Shown here in pieces: positions 20,022-29,879 of a stretch of DNA of 64,000 bases. The notes under the pieces were generated by a model. The model saw nothing but the letters and a program-made list of their open reading frames with translations. It did not search any database and was not told where the DNA came from. The DNA lies in NCBI GenBank assembly GCA_963699755.1, contig CAVOVB010000011.1:7790-71789 (forward strand), read 5' to 3'. Origin of the DNA: an uncultured delta proteobacterium. Its GTDB lineage: Bacteria; Myxococcota_A; Polyangia; Polyangiales; Houyiibacteriaceae. Made by a program: the position numbers and the translations under genes. The stretch's first letter is position 1; each line of letters begins with the position of its first letter.

Positions 20022-20801
20022 ATGAAGGAGCGCGATTTTCAATCCCTGCTCGTGGAGCTGAACGGGCATATCGTCACCCTGACGTTCAACAAGCCAGAAA
20101 AAAAGAACCCTCTGAGCCAGGAGCTGGTAAACGAGCTTCTTTGGGCCCTCGACGACGCCGAATCCTCCGATGACGTGCGGGTGATCGTTCTCACCGGCGC
20201 CGGGAACGCGTTCAGTGCAGGCGCAGATCTGAAGGGCATGAACGCGGAAAGGGGAAAGCTCGAAAAGAAAGGCGAGTTCGATGATTTGCTGCTCCGCTTC
20301 GACTCGATGAAGAAGCCGATAGTGGCCCGCGTTCCAGGGTACGTCATGGGCGGGGCGATGGGGATCGTCGCATGTTGCCACTTCGCCATCGCGTGCGAGA
20401 GCGCGATTCTCGGAACACCGGAGATCAAGCGTGGCTTGTTCCCGATGATGATCATGGCTGTGCTACAGCGGGTCATACACTCGCGCGAGCTCCTGAAGCT
20501 CATGCTGCTGGGCGACAAGATCACGGCGGCCAAGGCGAAAGAGATCGGCCTACTCACCGAGGTAGTGCCCGACGATCAGCTCGATGCCCGAGTCGCTGAG
20601 CTCGCGGGCCAGCTCGCAAAGCAATCGCCCAATGCGATGCGGATGGGCCTCAACGCCTTCAACGAGCAACGCCAGATGCCGGTAGAGAAGGCGCTGCCCT
20701 ATCTTCGCGAGCAGCTCTATGCGCTGCTTGCTAGCGAGGACGCCAAAGAAGGTCTCGCTGCGTTCTTTCAGAAACGCGAGCCTCAGTGGACCGGGCGCTA
20801 G
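20022..20801 (+). CDS. Enoyl-CoA hydratase/isomerase family protein
   Basis: Crotonase-fold signatures: VTLTFNKPEKKNPL, VIVLTGAGNAFSAGADL, GYVMGGAMGIV. Confidence 0.88.
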   Translation: MKERDFQSLLVELNGHIVTLTFNKPEKKNPLSQELVNELLWALDDAESSDDVRVIVLTGAGNAFSAGADLKGMNAERGKLEKKGEFDDLLLRFDSMKKPIVARVPGYVMGGAMGIVACCHFAIACESAILGTPEIKRGLFPMMIMAVLQRVIHSRELLKLMLLGDKITAAKAKEIGLLTEVVPDDQLDARVAELAGQLAKQSPNAMRMGLNAFNEQRQMPVEKALPYLREQLYALLASEDAKEGLAAFFQKREPQWTGR

Positions 20802-22474
20802 TCCAGCACGTCCTTCACGAGGAGCTCGACGGAGCGCCCGCCCATCCAGTGGTCGGGCTGGAACTCACCGACTAGCTTGAGGTCTGCGCGTCGTTCCACG
20901 CGCGAGAACATCCCCGGCGCGAATGCGCGAATCGAATCCTGACCCACGCGCAACTTGAGCTTTCCGTGGACCAGGCCTTCCCCGACTCCGATCGCTTCGA
21001 CGACGTGCGCATCGAGCAAGAACGTGGGTGCCGGGTGACCTTCGCCAAACGGGCCGAGGCGCTGCAAGTCCTCGACCGTCGGAACCCTGAACGCCCCACC
21101 AAGAGCAACGTCGATTTGGACTTCCCGCCGCTCGCCCCCCAAAGACCCCTGCGTCGCCTCTAGAAAGCAGGCGCGAAAGGCATCGAGCGCGCGCCTCTGC
21201 AGCGAAAGCCCCGCTGCCGCCCGGTGGCCACCCCATGCACTCAGATGCGCTGCACAGTCGGCGAGGGCGCGATAGATATCGACGTGGGCCGTCGTTCGAA
21301 CGCTGCCATGGCCGTGCGCCCCGTCGAAAGCGATTGCCACCACAGGGACCCCGAATTCGTCAACCAGGCGGGCCGCCACGATACCGACGACCCCGCGGTG
21401 CCAGGTATCGCCTGCGACCACCATACCCTGCTCCGGTGCCTCGCCGTAGAGCTCGAGCACCTGCGCGCGTGCCTCCTCCGTCGCCTGCTTTGTGAGCAAC
21501 TTTCGCTCATCGTTTCGTGCCTCGACGTCCTGGAGCAAGCTCCACGCCTCCTTTGCGGTCCTGGCGGTGAGGAAAAGAAGGGTGAGGTCGGCGACGCCGA
21601 GCCTGCCTGGAGCATTGAGCCGGGGCGAGAAGCGAAAGGCCACGTCGCGGGCGGTGAGCTGTGCCGACTCGGGGATCTTGGTCGCTTGCCGAAGCACTGC
21701 GAGCGCCGGCCTCCCATGGACGGAGCCGATGGTCTTCAAGCCGGCTCGAACCAAACGCCGATTGTCGCCGGTCAGCGGTGCGACGTCGGCGATCGTTCCA
21801 ATCGCGACCAGGTCCAACCAGGCGCGGAGATCGAGCGCCGCGCCGAGCTTGCTGCGAAGCGCCGCGCCAAGCGAAAAGGCGAGACCTGCGCTGCAAAGGC
21901 CCTTGTAGGCAAAGTCGCAGTCCGGCCGATGCGGATTGAGAAAGGCAAAAGCGGGAAGCGCCTCTTCGGGGACGAGGTGGTGATCGACCACGATGACGTC
22001 CACGCCGGCGGCCCTGGCCTTCTCGATTCGCTCATGATCGCTCGAGCCGCAATCGCAGGTGACGAGGAGGCTGGGCCGTTCGGAGAGGCAGCGATGCACG
22101 GCCTGCTCACTGAGTCCGTATCCACCATGGAATCGGTCGGCAATGAGCGTCCGCACTTGTCCGCCGAGGGCGCCGATGACCTCACTTAGAATCACCGCCG
22201 AGGTAGTGCCGTCAACGTCGTAGTCGCCGAAGACCACGATGCGCTCACCGGCGCGAATGGCTCGCGCGATCCGCTCCGAGGCCAATGCCCGGTCTGCCAT
22301 TTGTTCCGGGTCGCTCAGGCCGCGCAGCGTGGCATCGAGGAACGGCTGGGCCTCGTCGCCATCACGGATACCCCGATTCAGAAGCACCTGAGCCGCCGTT
22401 AGCCCGAGGCCCGAGGAGTCGGCCAGCATGCCTGCCGCCCGCTCGTCGGAAGGCTGCACCCGATACCGATCCAC
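20798..22474 (-). CDS. recJ: Single-stranded-DNA-specific exonuclease RecJ
   Basis: DHH motifs (VFGDYDVDGTTS, VVDHH) and a DHHA1 region. Start chosen at GTG 22474, 4 nt after the secF stop, because the N-terminus VDRYRVQP...AAQVLLNRGI matches RecJ N-termini. The ORF-track start at 22579 lies inside secF. Confidence 0.9.
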   Translation of the reverse strand: MDRYRVQPSDERAAGMLADSSGLGLTAAQVLLNRGIRDGDEAQPFLDATLRGLSDPEQMADRALASERIARAIRAGERIVVFGDYDVDGTTSAVILSEVIGALGGQVRTLIADRFHGGYGLSEQAVHRCLSERPSLLVTCDCGSSDHERIEKARAAGVDVIVVDHHLVPEEALPAFAFLNPHRPDCDFAYKGLCSAGLAFSLGAALRSKLGAALDLRAWLDLVAIGTIADVAPLTGDNRRLVRAGLKTIGSVHGRPALAVLRQATKIPESAQLTARDVAFRFSPRLNAPGRLGVADLTLLFLTARTAKEAWSLLQDVEARNDERKLLTKQATEEARAQVLELYGEAPEQGMVVAGDTWHRGVVGIVAARLVDEFGVPVVAIAFDGAHGHGSVRTTAHVDIYRALADCAAHLSAWGGHRAAAGLSLQRRALDAFRACFLEATQGSLGGERREVQIDVALGGAFRVPTVEDLQRLGPFGEGHPAPTFLLDAHVVEAIGVGEGLVHGKLKLRVGQDSIRAFAPGMFSRVERRADLKLVGEFQPDHWMGGRSVELLVKDVLD

Positions 22475-22478
22475 GGTG

Positions 22479-23612
22479 TCAGCCCCGCGAACGACTGAAG
22501 AAACGCCGATCCATGAACTCGGTGATGGGCGCCGCGATGAAGATCGAGGACAGCGTACCGACCACGATACCGATGCCAAGCGCGAAGGCGAGGTCCCGAA
22601 TGACGCCCGTACCCAGGAAGAAGAACGCGGACACCGACAAGAGGGTCGTCAACGAGGTGATGATCGTTCGAGAGAGCATCTGCGAGGTGCTGATGTTGAT
22701 CAGCTCCCGTAGGCTCTTGTCCCGAACGCGCACCATGTTCTCGCGGATTCGGTCGAATACGACAATCGTGTCGTTGATCGAATACCCCATGATGGTCAGC
22801 AGCGCGGCCACCGTCGTGAGATTCACTTCCTTCCGCAGAAGGACGTAAATACCGAGCGTGATGAGCGCGTCGTGGAACATCGCAACTACGCCGCCGGGAG
22901 CGAAACGCAGGTCGAAGCGGAACGCGACGTACAGCATGATGAATGCGATGGCGTACAGAAGAGACTGAATCGCCGCGTCACGAAGCTGCGCACCCGCCTT
23001 CGGACCAACCCATTCGACACGAAGCGCTTCCTTCGGGGCGCGGTCGCCGAATTGCTCGCTAAGCTGGGCGGTGAGCTCGTCTGCAACTCCGACGAGGTTT
23101 GCCTCGTAACGCTGATCGCTGCCCCCGGTGATGGAATTGATCGAGCGCACGTGTGCGCCGCCGGCGAGGAGCGCCTCTTCGAGCTGCTGCTCCTCGACCA
23201 GCCCCGAGACGCGAATGGTGATCTTGTCGCCGCCCGGGGAAACCTTCATCTCCTGAACGACGCCCTCTCCGAGAACCGTGTCGACTGCCTCTCGGATCTT
23301 GTCGACTTGGTGCTCCGGCAGGGAGGACACCTCTTGAACGCGGATGATGTACTCGTTGGGGCTCCCCTCGACGCTGATCACGTCGGGGCGCGCATAGCCC
23401 CCCTTTACGAGGGCTTCGCGGACCTCCGCGGGGCTCGTCGCGCCATTGAAGGCGAGCTGGACCTCAGTGCCGCCGGCGAAGTCGATGCCGTAGTTCGGCC
23501 CTGGGTAGACGAGCGAGATCAGGCTCAGAGCGGACAAGAGACCGAGGACGGTGACCACCGGCCCGCGGTACTTCATGAAGTCGAAATAGGTGCCGGGTTT
23601 GATGAACTCCAT
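22479..23612 (-). CDS. secF: Protein translocase subunit SecF
   Basis: Start at ATG 23612 (MEFIKPGTYFDFMKYRG), directly after the secD stop. Typical SecF TM core. Confidence 0.93.
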   Translation of the reverse strand: MEFIKPGTYFDFMKYRGPVVTVLGLLSALSLISLVYPGPNYGIDFAGGTEVQLAFNGATSPAEVREALVKGGYARPDVISVEGSPNEYIIRVQEVSSLPEHQVDKIREAVDTVLGEGVVQEMKVSPGGDKITIRVSGLVEEQQLEEALLAGGAHVRSINSITGGSDQRYEANLVGVADELTAQLSEQFGDRAPKEALRVEWVGPKAGAQLRDAAIQSLLYAIAFIMLYVAFRFDLRFAPGGVVAMFHDALITLGIYVLLRKEVNLTTVAALLTIMGYSINDTIVVFDRIRENMVRVRDKSLRELINISTSQMLSRTIITSLTTLLSVSAFFFLGTGVIRDLAFALGIGIVVGTLSSIFIAAPITEFMDRRFFSRSRG

Positions 23613-23613
23613 G

Positions 23614-25413
23614 TCAGCCCACCCGCAGTCGCTGCACGCGCGCGCCGCGTACGAGCCAGTCGAAGAGCACCTTCGAGCAGAACGTGCCGGTGAAGAGCGA
23701 GGTGCCAATGCCGATCAACAGCATCGTCGCGAAGCCCTTGATCGGGCCTGTGCCAAACTGCCATAGGACCACGCCCGCGATGGCCGTCGTGAGCTGGCTG
23801 TCGAAGACCGACGAATACGCCCGAGCGTACCCTTGCTCGACGGCGGAGCGTGGGGACTTCCCCAGCCTCAGCTCCTCGCGGATGCGCTCGGTGATGAGCA
23901 CATTCGCGTCGACCGCCATACCAACCGTGAGCGCGATCGCCGCAACGCCCGGCAGAGTCAGGGTGGCCCCGATCCCAGACATCACGCCGAGCAAGAGCTG
24001 CAAGTTCAACAAGACCATGGCGTCCGCGACTAGCCCGGCGACCTCGTAGTACAGCGCCATGAACACGAGCACGAGGATGACCCCGACCAGCGCCGCCACG
24101 GCACCCTTGCGAACCGAGTCCTGACCGAGCGTCGGGCCGATGAGTTGCTCGTTGGCGGGGCGAAGTGGCGCGGGAAGCGCGCCCGCCTGAAGCACCACGA
24201 CGAGGTCTTTGGCCTCTTGTAGAAGCTCATTCCGATCTTGGTAGGCACCTAGCGTGATGCGACCGCGCGCCCCGATCTGGCCCTGAATGACCGGCGCGGA
24301 CTCCACACGCTCATCGAGCACGATCGCCATACGCTTCCCGATGTTGCGGCCCGTGAGGTCTGCCATGCGTGATGCGCCGCGCGTGTTCATCGTGAAGTCG
24401 ACCTCCGGGCTTCCGCTCTGGGGGTCGAAGCCGACCGACGCATCATCGAGGTCCTCACCGGTCGCATCGGCGACGCGGTAGACGTAATAGGTCCGCCAAC
24501 CCTCGCCGCCTCGCTCGGGGTCGGGCGCCTGACGACCGATCGAAAGCTCGTGGTCATCGGGCACCGGGAGTGTAGCGATGTATGCGCGGAGGCGATCTCG
24601 AGCATCCTCGCCAAACGCCTCGGCAAAGGTCTGAGCGCCCTGGTCGAGGTAGATGCCCTCAGGCGGCGTAGTGAAAATCGACCGAGAGTCGGATTCGTCG
24701 TCGACGATCTTGAAGCTCAGTTGCGCGGTTCGGCTGATGATCGACTTGATGCGCTCGAACGAGCTCTCCTCCGCGCCTGGAATCTCGATGATGATATCAC
24801 CGTCGTTCGGGCGCGCGATGATGGTTGGCTCGAGGACGCCCATGCTATCGATACGGTTGGTGATGGTGCGTTCGGACTGGCGAACCGCCGTCTCGCGCAT
24901 GTTGGTAAGCTGCTCTTCGCGCATGTGAAGGTCGACGACGAGGTCGCCCACGCCGCTCGCCACTCGGAGGTCGCGGAAATAGTCCTTCACCCAAGTCTTG
25001 GACAGCTTGCCGGCGTCTTCTTGATTCGAAAACGTGATTCGAATCGCGCGAACGGCCCCGCCTTCCTTGTCGACGCGTTCGACTGTGCATCGCTGTCGAA
25101 TCTCATCGAGCTTGGCTCTATCGATGTCGTCGACCTCCTCCTCGGGAACGACTCCGATCAAGACGCCGCACTGGCGCTGCACCTGCTCTGCGATCCGGTC
25201 GCGACGGTCACGGATGTACTCATCGACTTCGACTTCATACATCAGCCGTAGGCCGCCCTTGATATCGAGGCCGGGGTTGATTTGATTTTCGAAAGTCTCC
25301 TTGACGATGTCCGGGCAGGGCAACCAACGGTCGATGCTCGGCCACAGGGCGAGAAAGCCCAGGACAGACGAGCCGACGACGATTGCCAAACGAAAATACC
25401 AGCCTCGATCCAT
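23614..25413 (-). CDS. secD: Protein translocase subunit SecD
   Basis: 599 aa with an N-terminal TM, a large periplasmic domain and the C-terminal SecD/F TM bundle (LTLPGVAAIALTVGMAVDANVLI). Confidence 0.94.
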   Translation of the reverse strand: MDRGWYFRLAIVVGSSVLGFLALWPSIDRWLPCPDIVKETFENQINPGLDIKGGLRLMYEVEVDEYIRDRRDRIAEQVQRQCGVLIGVVPEEEVDDIDRAKLDEIRQRCTVERVDKEGGAVRAIRITFSNQEDAGKLSKTWVKDYFRDLRVASGVGDLVVDLHMREEQLTNMRETAVRQSERTITNRIDSMGVLEPTIIARPNDGDIIIEIPGAEESSFERIKSIISRTAQLSFKIVDDESDSRSIFTTPPEGIYLDQGAQTFAEAFGEDARDRLRAYIATLPVPDDHELSIGRQAPDPERGGEGWRTYYVYRVADATGEDLDDASVGFDPQSGSPEVDFTMNTRGASRMADLTGRNIGKRMAIVLDERVESAPVIQGQIGARGRITLGAYQDRNELLQEAKDLVVVLQAGALPAPLRPANEQLIGPTLGQDSVRKGAVAALVGVILVLVFMALYYEVAGLVADAMVLLNLQLLLGVMSGIGATLTLPGVAAIALTVGMAVDANVLITERIREELRLGKSPRSAVEQGYARAYSSVFDSQLTTAIAGVVLWQFGTGPIKGFATMLLIGIGTSLFTGTFCSKVLFDWLVRGARVQRLRVG

Positions 25414-25430
25414 GATCCTCGCCTGTGCGT

Positions 25431-25817
25431 TCAGCTTTTCTGTTCGGTGGGTTGGTCCAACCCGGCGATGTGGCTCCGCAACACCTTGATGCGGGTCCGC
25501 TCCGCGACCTCGACGGTCACATCGCGCTCGTCGAGCGCCGTAATCTCGCCGCGGATTCCGCCATTGGTTCGGACGATGTCACCCTTCTTCAGGGCGCCGA
25601 TCATCGCGTCGTGCTGCTTGGCGCGCTTCTGCTGCGGGCGGATCATCAGGAAGTAGAGGACCGCGAACATCAGGAGAAGGAAACCGATTTGCTCGGTTCC
25701 GCCGCCGCAGCCTAGGGGTCCCGGCACCGGTCCACCACCACCACCGGTCGGAGGCACGGGGACGGGGCCGCCGCTGACGTCCGGCTGAAGCAAAATGTGA
25801 AGTAACGAGTAGAGCAC
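25431..25817 (-). CDS. yajC: Preprotein translocase subunit YajC
   Basis: LLLMFAVLYFLMIRPQQKRAKQH followed by the KKGD..T.GGI motif. The N-terminal Pro/Gly-rich extension makes the start uncertain. Confidence 0.85.
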   Translation of the reverse strand: MLYSLLHILLQPDVSGGPVPVPPTGGGGGPVPGPLGCGGGTEQIGFLLLMFAVLYFLMIRPQQKRAKQHDAMIGALKKGDIVRTNGGIRGEITALDERDVTVEVAERTRIKVLRSHIAGLDQPTEQKS

Positions 25818-25979
25818 TGCTAACCCTCAATGCGAATGGAGCCCGGATGCACACCGCTATCCAGGCTCCTGAAGCGCGGGCGTTTCTACTCCATGCCCCG
25901 AAGGAGGTCAACTCAGCGTAATTGCGTATTTATGCTACAACCGCGCGACCCCCGCTTGGCGGGGGTGTAAGGAGCAGCC

Positions 25980-26900
25980 ATGGTGGACAAAGTGGACAAG
26001 ATCTGGCTCGACGGGAAGCTCATTCCTTGGGACCAGGCGAACGTCCACGTATTGACGCACACCCTTCACTACGGGCTCGGCGTCTTCGAGGGAATCCGCT
26101 GTTACAAGCTCGAAGACGGCCGAAGCGCGATCTTTCGTTTGGATGAGCACATCCGGCGCCTATTCGATTCCGCCCAGATTTGCATGCTCCCAATGCCCTA
26201 CAGCCAGGAGGAGATCGTCGAGGCATGTCTCGAGACGGTCCGGGCCAACGGCCTCGACGAGTGTTACCTGCGCCCTATCGCCTTCATGGGCGATGGTGAG
26301 ATGGGTCTGGGCGCGAGGACGAACGCCACTCGTGTGTCGGTCATTGCGTGGCGCTGGGGCGCGTATCTTGGAGAGGAAGGCCTTCGCCAAGGCATTCGAG
26401 CCAAGGTGAGCTCGTTTCAGCGTGCCGGCATCAACACCTTGATGTCGAAGGGCAAGATCAACGGCCACTACGTCAACTCGATTCTCGCCAAGCGGGAGGT
26501 TCAAGCCATCGGCTACGACGAGGCCATCATGCTGGACACGCAGGGCTACGTCTCTGAAGCCTCCGGCGAGAACATCTTCGTCGTCCGCGACGGCGAGATC
26601 GCCACCCCACCGATGGGCATGTCGATCCTCGGCGGCATCACTCGAAACTCAGTGATGCGCGTCATGCAGGACCTCGCCCTGACGGTCCACGAGCGATTGA
26701 TTTCACGCGACGAGCTCTACATCGCAGACGAAGTCTTCATGGTCGGCACAGCAGCAGAAGTGACCCCGGTGCGCGAGCTAGATGACCGAACCATCGGCAT
26801 CGGCAGCCGCGGGCCGATTACGGAAAAGGTCCAGAGCGCATACTTCGACGCGGTGCGCGGAGTGAAGGTGCCGGACGAGAGTTGGCTGGCGATCGTCTAG
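25980..26900 (+). CDS. ilvE: Branched-chain-amino-acid aminotransferase
   Basis: Class IV aminotransferase. WLDGKLIPWDQANVHVLTHTLHYGLGVFEGIRCY, 306 aa. Confidence 0.92.
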   Translation: MVDKVDKIWLDGKLIPWDQANVHVLTHTLHYGLGVFEGIRCYKLEDGRSAIFRLDEHIRRLFDSAQICMLPMPYSQEEIVEACLETVRANGLDECYLRPIAFMGDGEMGLGARTNATRVSVIAWRWGAYLGEEGLRQGIRAKVSSFQRAGINTLMSKGKINGHYVNSILAKREVQAIGYDEAIMLDTQGYVSEASGENIFVVRDGEIATPPMGMSILGGITRNSVMRVMQDLALTVHERLISRDELYIADEVFMVGTAAEVTPVRELDDRTIGIGSRGPITEKVQSAYFDAVRGVKVPDESWLAIV

Positions 26901-26962
26901 TCGGCAGGACCGTGGCGGTGCGGCCGCGGGAAGCTCGTGGGTGACCGACAGGGCTCTAGGGC

Positions 26963-27676
26963 TCAGTCCTCGATGACGGATTTGTGAATGATAATCCGCC
27001 GGCAGTGTGGACACTGGTGCATTTCGTTCGCGCGCCGCAGCTCGATCGTGAGTTGTGGGGGTAGCGCCATGCGGCAGGCGGTGCAGTTGCCGTCGCTGAT
27101 GATGATCACGGCGTTGGGGATGCCAGTCTTGAGTCGCTCATACCGCTTGACGATCGTCTTCGAGACCTTGGCGACAAGCGCATCACGGCCGTCGAGGAGC
27201 TTGGCGCGCTGCTCCTCGAGCTCGACGACGCGAGCCTTGGAGGATTCTTCGTCCGCCTGAAGAGCGCTCTTGGTATCCTCGAAGTCTTTTTCGCGTTCGG
27301 CGAGTGAGGCCGTCTTGGCTTCAATCGCCTCGGCAATTCGGCCGAGCTCGTCTTCGCGCTCTTTGATGGCGCGACGATTGGCTTCGACTTCGCGCTCTGC
27401 CGCGTTGGCTTCTCGAATGTTCGATGCCTGAGCAATCTTCTTGCGAGCCCGTTGAAGCCCTTCGTTCCGATCCTTGAGCTCGCCGCTTTGTTGTGCCTTG
27501 AGCTGTCCGGCTTCGTGAAGCTGCTGCCGCTCCTGGGCCAACATCTTCTCCAACTGCTGAACGCTCTGCCTCAGCTCTTCGAGGCGCTCCGGAATCTGTT
27601 TGAGCTCGGCGTCGATGTCGCGAGCCGAGTCATCCATCTCAGCAAGTCTAGCAAGCGCTACGAGCTCTTCGCGCAA
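26963..27676 (-). CDS. Coiled-coil C4 zinc-ribbon protein (COG1579/DUF164-like)
   Basis: Long heptad-rich region followed by NCTACRMAL...CPHCRRII. Confidence 0.8.
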   Translation of the reverse strand: MREELVALARLAEMDDSARDIDAELKQIPERLEELRQSVQQLEKMLAQERQQLHEAGQLKAQQSGELKDRNEGLQRARKKIAQASNIREANAAEREVEANRRAIKEREDELGRIAEAIEAKTASLAEREKDFEDTKSALQADEESSKARVVELEEQRAKLLDGRDALVAKVSKTIVKRYERLKTGIPNAVIIISDGNCTACRMALPPQLTIELRRANEMHQCPHCRRIIIHKSVIED

Positions 27677-27815
27677 AGATCGCCTCCGTCATCGGCCAAA
27701 GCTGGCGAGCCTCTAGCGTGCCTTGCCAGACGGTGCAAGATGGCAGGGCGGCGAGCCCGCGCGACAACGACAGCTGGGACGGCTGTTCTTATTTCGCGTG
27801 GCTTCGCAAAGGTGC

Positions 27816-27856
27816 CGCTTCGCGCCGCCCACAGGGCGCGCTGAATGCGCGAAGCG
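27816..27856 (-). terminator. Nested GC hairpins immediately 3' of tRNA-Met
   Basis: Perfect 10-bp inverted repeat CGCTTCGCGC (27816-27825) / GCGCGAAGCG (27847-27856), with an alternative inner 6-bp stem. On the minus strand it is followed by CACCTTTG, a weak U-tract. Confidence 0.35.
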
Positions 27857-27867
27857 CTGTTGAGCGG

Positions 27868-27941
27868 TGGGCCCACCTGGACTCGAACCAGGAACAACCC
27901 GGTTATGAGCCGGGGACTCTAACCAATTGAGCTATGGGCCC
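27868..27941 (-). tRNA. tRNA with CAU anticodon (elongator Met, or Ile2 if lysidine-modified)
   Basis: The 74-nt minus-strand sequence GGGCCCATAGCTCAATTGGTTAGAGTCCCCGGCTCATAACCGGGTTGTTCCTGGTTCGAGTCCAGGTGGGCCCA folds as a cloverleaf. The G1-C72 pair argues against an initiator tRNA. CCA is only partly encoded. Confidence 0.9.
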
Positions 27942-28022
27942 TAGGGGCATTACTAGCCCGATCACCCACTGAACGCGAATGAAACGCGACCATGTGAACG
28001 GGGCTCGGAAAAAAGTGCCCGG

Positions 28023-29879
28023 TCAATTATCCATGAAGGACCGGAGTTGCTTACTCCGACTTGGATGCCTGAGCTTGCGGAGAGCCTTGGCCTCGATTTG
28101 GCGGATGCGTTCTCGGGTGACTTCGAAGTCCTGGCCGACTTCTTCGAGGGTGTGGTCGCTCTTCTCGCCGATGCCGAAGCGCATGCGAAGGACTTTCTCT
28201 TCTCGGGGCGTCAGGGTTTTGAGGACGCGGCGGGTCTGGTCCTCGAGGTTACCGCCAATGACGGCATCCACGGGGGAGACGGCGTTCTTGTCTTCGATGA
28301 AGTCACCGAGGTGGCTGTCTTCCTCCTCACCGATCGGGGTCTCCAGGCTGATCGGCTCCTTGGCGATCTTCAGAACCTTGCGGACCTTCTCGAGCGGCAT
28401 CTCCATGCGCTCCGCGATCTCCTCTGGATCGGGCTCACGGCCGAGCTCCTGAACCAGGTAGCGCGAGGTCCGGATGAGCTTGTTGATCGTTTCGATCATG
28501 TGGACCGGAATGCGGATCGTTCGAGCCTGATCGGCAATCGCCCGCGTGATCGCCTGTCGGATCCACCAGGTGGCGTAGGTCGAGAATTTGTAGCCGCGCC
28601 GGTACTCGAACTTGTCGACGGCCTTCATCAGGCCGATGTTGCCTTCCTGGATCAGGTCAAGGAACTGCAAGCCACGGTTCGTGTACTTCTTTGCGATCGA
28701 CACGACGAGACGAAGATTGGCTTCGACTAGCTCGGCTTTCGCCCGCTCGGATTGGCGCTCGCCTTCCGCGAGAGCCCGATAGGTTTCGCGCAACCGTTGG
28801 ACTGGTTGCCCCATCGCATCTTCGACGTCGACGATCGCCTGTTGCGCATCGCGGATGTGTTCCTCGGAGCGAAGAATCTGCTCTTCGGAGCCGTACTTGC
28901 GCTGAACCCGCTTTTCGACGGCCTTGCTCTCTTGCATGTCGCGCACCACGCGCTTCATGTCTTTGTAGCTGAGGCCTCCGACACGCTCCTCGGCTTCGTT
29001 CATTTCGCGCTCCGCCCGCTCGACGCGGCGGGTGTAGGCTTTGATCCGAGCGACGACGCGATCGATCTGCTTCTTGGTGAGATTGAGCTCCCTCAGAAGC
29101 GCTATTCGCTCTTGAAGATGTTTCTCGAGCTGTACGGCTTGCTGCTTCTTGCTCCGTTCGGAAATCCTCTGTTTGCCATCGAGCTCGCCCAGGACCTTCG
29201 TCATCGAAGACTCGATTCGCTTGACCTTATCAAAGACCTTGAGAGCCCGAACTTTCGCTGCCTCGAAGTCGACCTCTTCTTCCTTGTCGAGATCTCGGAC
29301 GACGTCCTTGACGCGAAGCTTGCCCTTGCGGAGCAACTCGCCGATCTCCAGAATCTCGCTCACACCCACGCGGGACTTCAAAATCACCTGAAAAATCTTG
29401 CTTTCGCCGTCTTCGATCCGCTTCGCAATCTCGACCTCGCCCTCGCGCGTGAGCAGCGAGACCGAGCCCATCTTTCGCAGGTACATGCGAACCGGGTCGT
29501 TCGACTTCTGTGCATAGCCGTCATCGGCAGGAGGCGGAATCGTCGATGCGCGACGCGCTGAGCTTCGCGTCGCCGCAACCGGAACTTCGCTCGTTCGGCT
29601 TTGGCCCTCGGGCGCCCCATCGACTACGTCGATGTCTTCGCTCTTGAGCCACACCATCAGGTCGTCGATCTGGTCGGACGTCACCATGTCGGGTGGAAGA
29701 GCCTCGTTGAGCTCGTCGTATGTCAGGTGACCATGGATGCGCCCTCGTTCGAGAAGGACTTGTACTTCCTTCCGCTCTCGGCCTTTCGTCTTCGGCACGA
29801 CACGCGATACAGGTTCAGAGTTGAACTTGGATGCAGTCGATTCCTCGGTACGCTCTGAGCTCTTGCCCGCCATGTTCAC
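28023..29879 (-). CDS. rpoD: RNA polymerase primary sigma factor RpoD
   Basis: [33 protein letters not shown] and [33 protein letters not shown]. Start is GTG 29879, overlapping the dnaG stop, or ATG 29873. Confidence 0.96.
   Translation of the reverse strand: MNMAGKSSERTEESTASKFNSEPVSRVVPKTKGRERKEVQVLLERGRIHGHLTYDELNEALPPDMVTSDQIDDLMVWLKSEDIDVVDGAPEGQSRTSEVPVAATRSSARRASTIPPPADDGYAQKSNDPVRMYLRKMGSVSLLTREGEVEIAKRIEDGESKIFQVILKSRVGVSEILEIGELLRKGKLRVKDVVRDLDKEEEVDFEAAKVRALKVFDKVKRIESSMTKVLGELDGKQRISERSKKQQAVQLEKHLQERIALLRELNLTKKQIDRVVARIKAYTRRVERAEREMNEAEERVGGLSYKDMKRVVRDMQESKAVEKRVQRKYGSEEQILRSEEHIRDAQQAIVDVEDAMGQPVQRLRETYRALAEGERQSERAKAELVEANLRLVVSIAKKYTNRGLQFLDLIQEGNIGLMKAVDKFEYRRGYKFSTYATWWIRQAITRAIADQARTIRIPVHMIETINKLIRTSRYLVQELGREPDPEEIAERMEMPLEKVRKVLKIAKEPISLETPIGEEEDSHLGDFIEDKNAVSPVDAVIGGNLEDQTRRVLKTLTPREEKVLRMRFGIGEKSDHTLEEVGQDFEVTRERIRQIEAKALRKLRHPSRSKQLRSFMDN

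Noticed and set aside
20798-20801. Convergent gene-end overlaps: enoyl-CoA hydratase/recJ share CTAG, and CHAD/apt overlap by 20 nt at 50249-50268.
   Set aside because: Short convergent overlaps are common in compact GC-rich genomes, and no additional structure was seen.
25431-25817. Pro/Gly-rich N-terminal extension of YajC (PDVSGGPVPVPPTGGGGGPVPGPLGCGGG).
   Set aside because: It could be real or a mis-set start. No downstream start preserves the TM helix. It is a low-complexity segment with no functional inference possible.
25948-25966. 8-bp GC hairpin (ACCCCCGC-TTG-GCGGGGGT) directly 5' of the ilvE ribosome-binding site, considered as an attenuator.
   Set aside because: There is no U-tract, no upstream leader peptide rich in branched-chain codons and no alternative pairing that I could find. 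It may simply be a stable 5' UTR stem.
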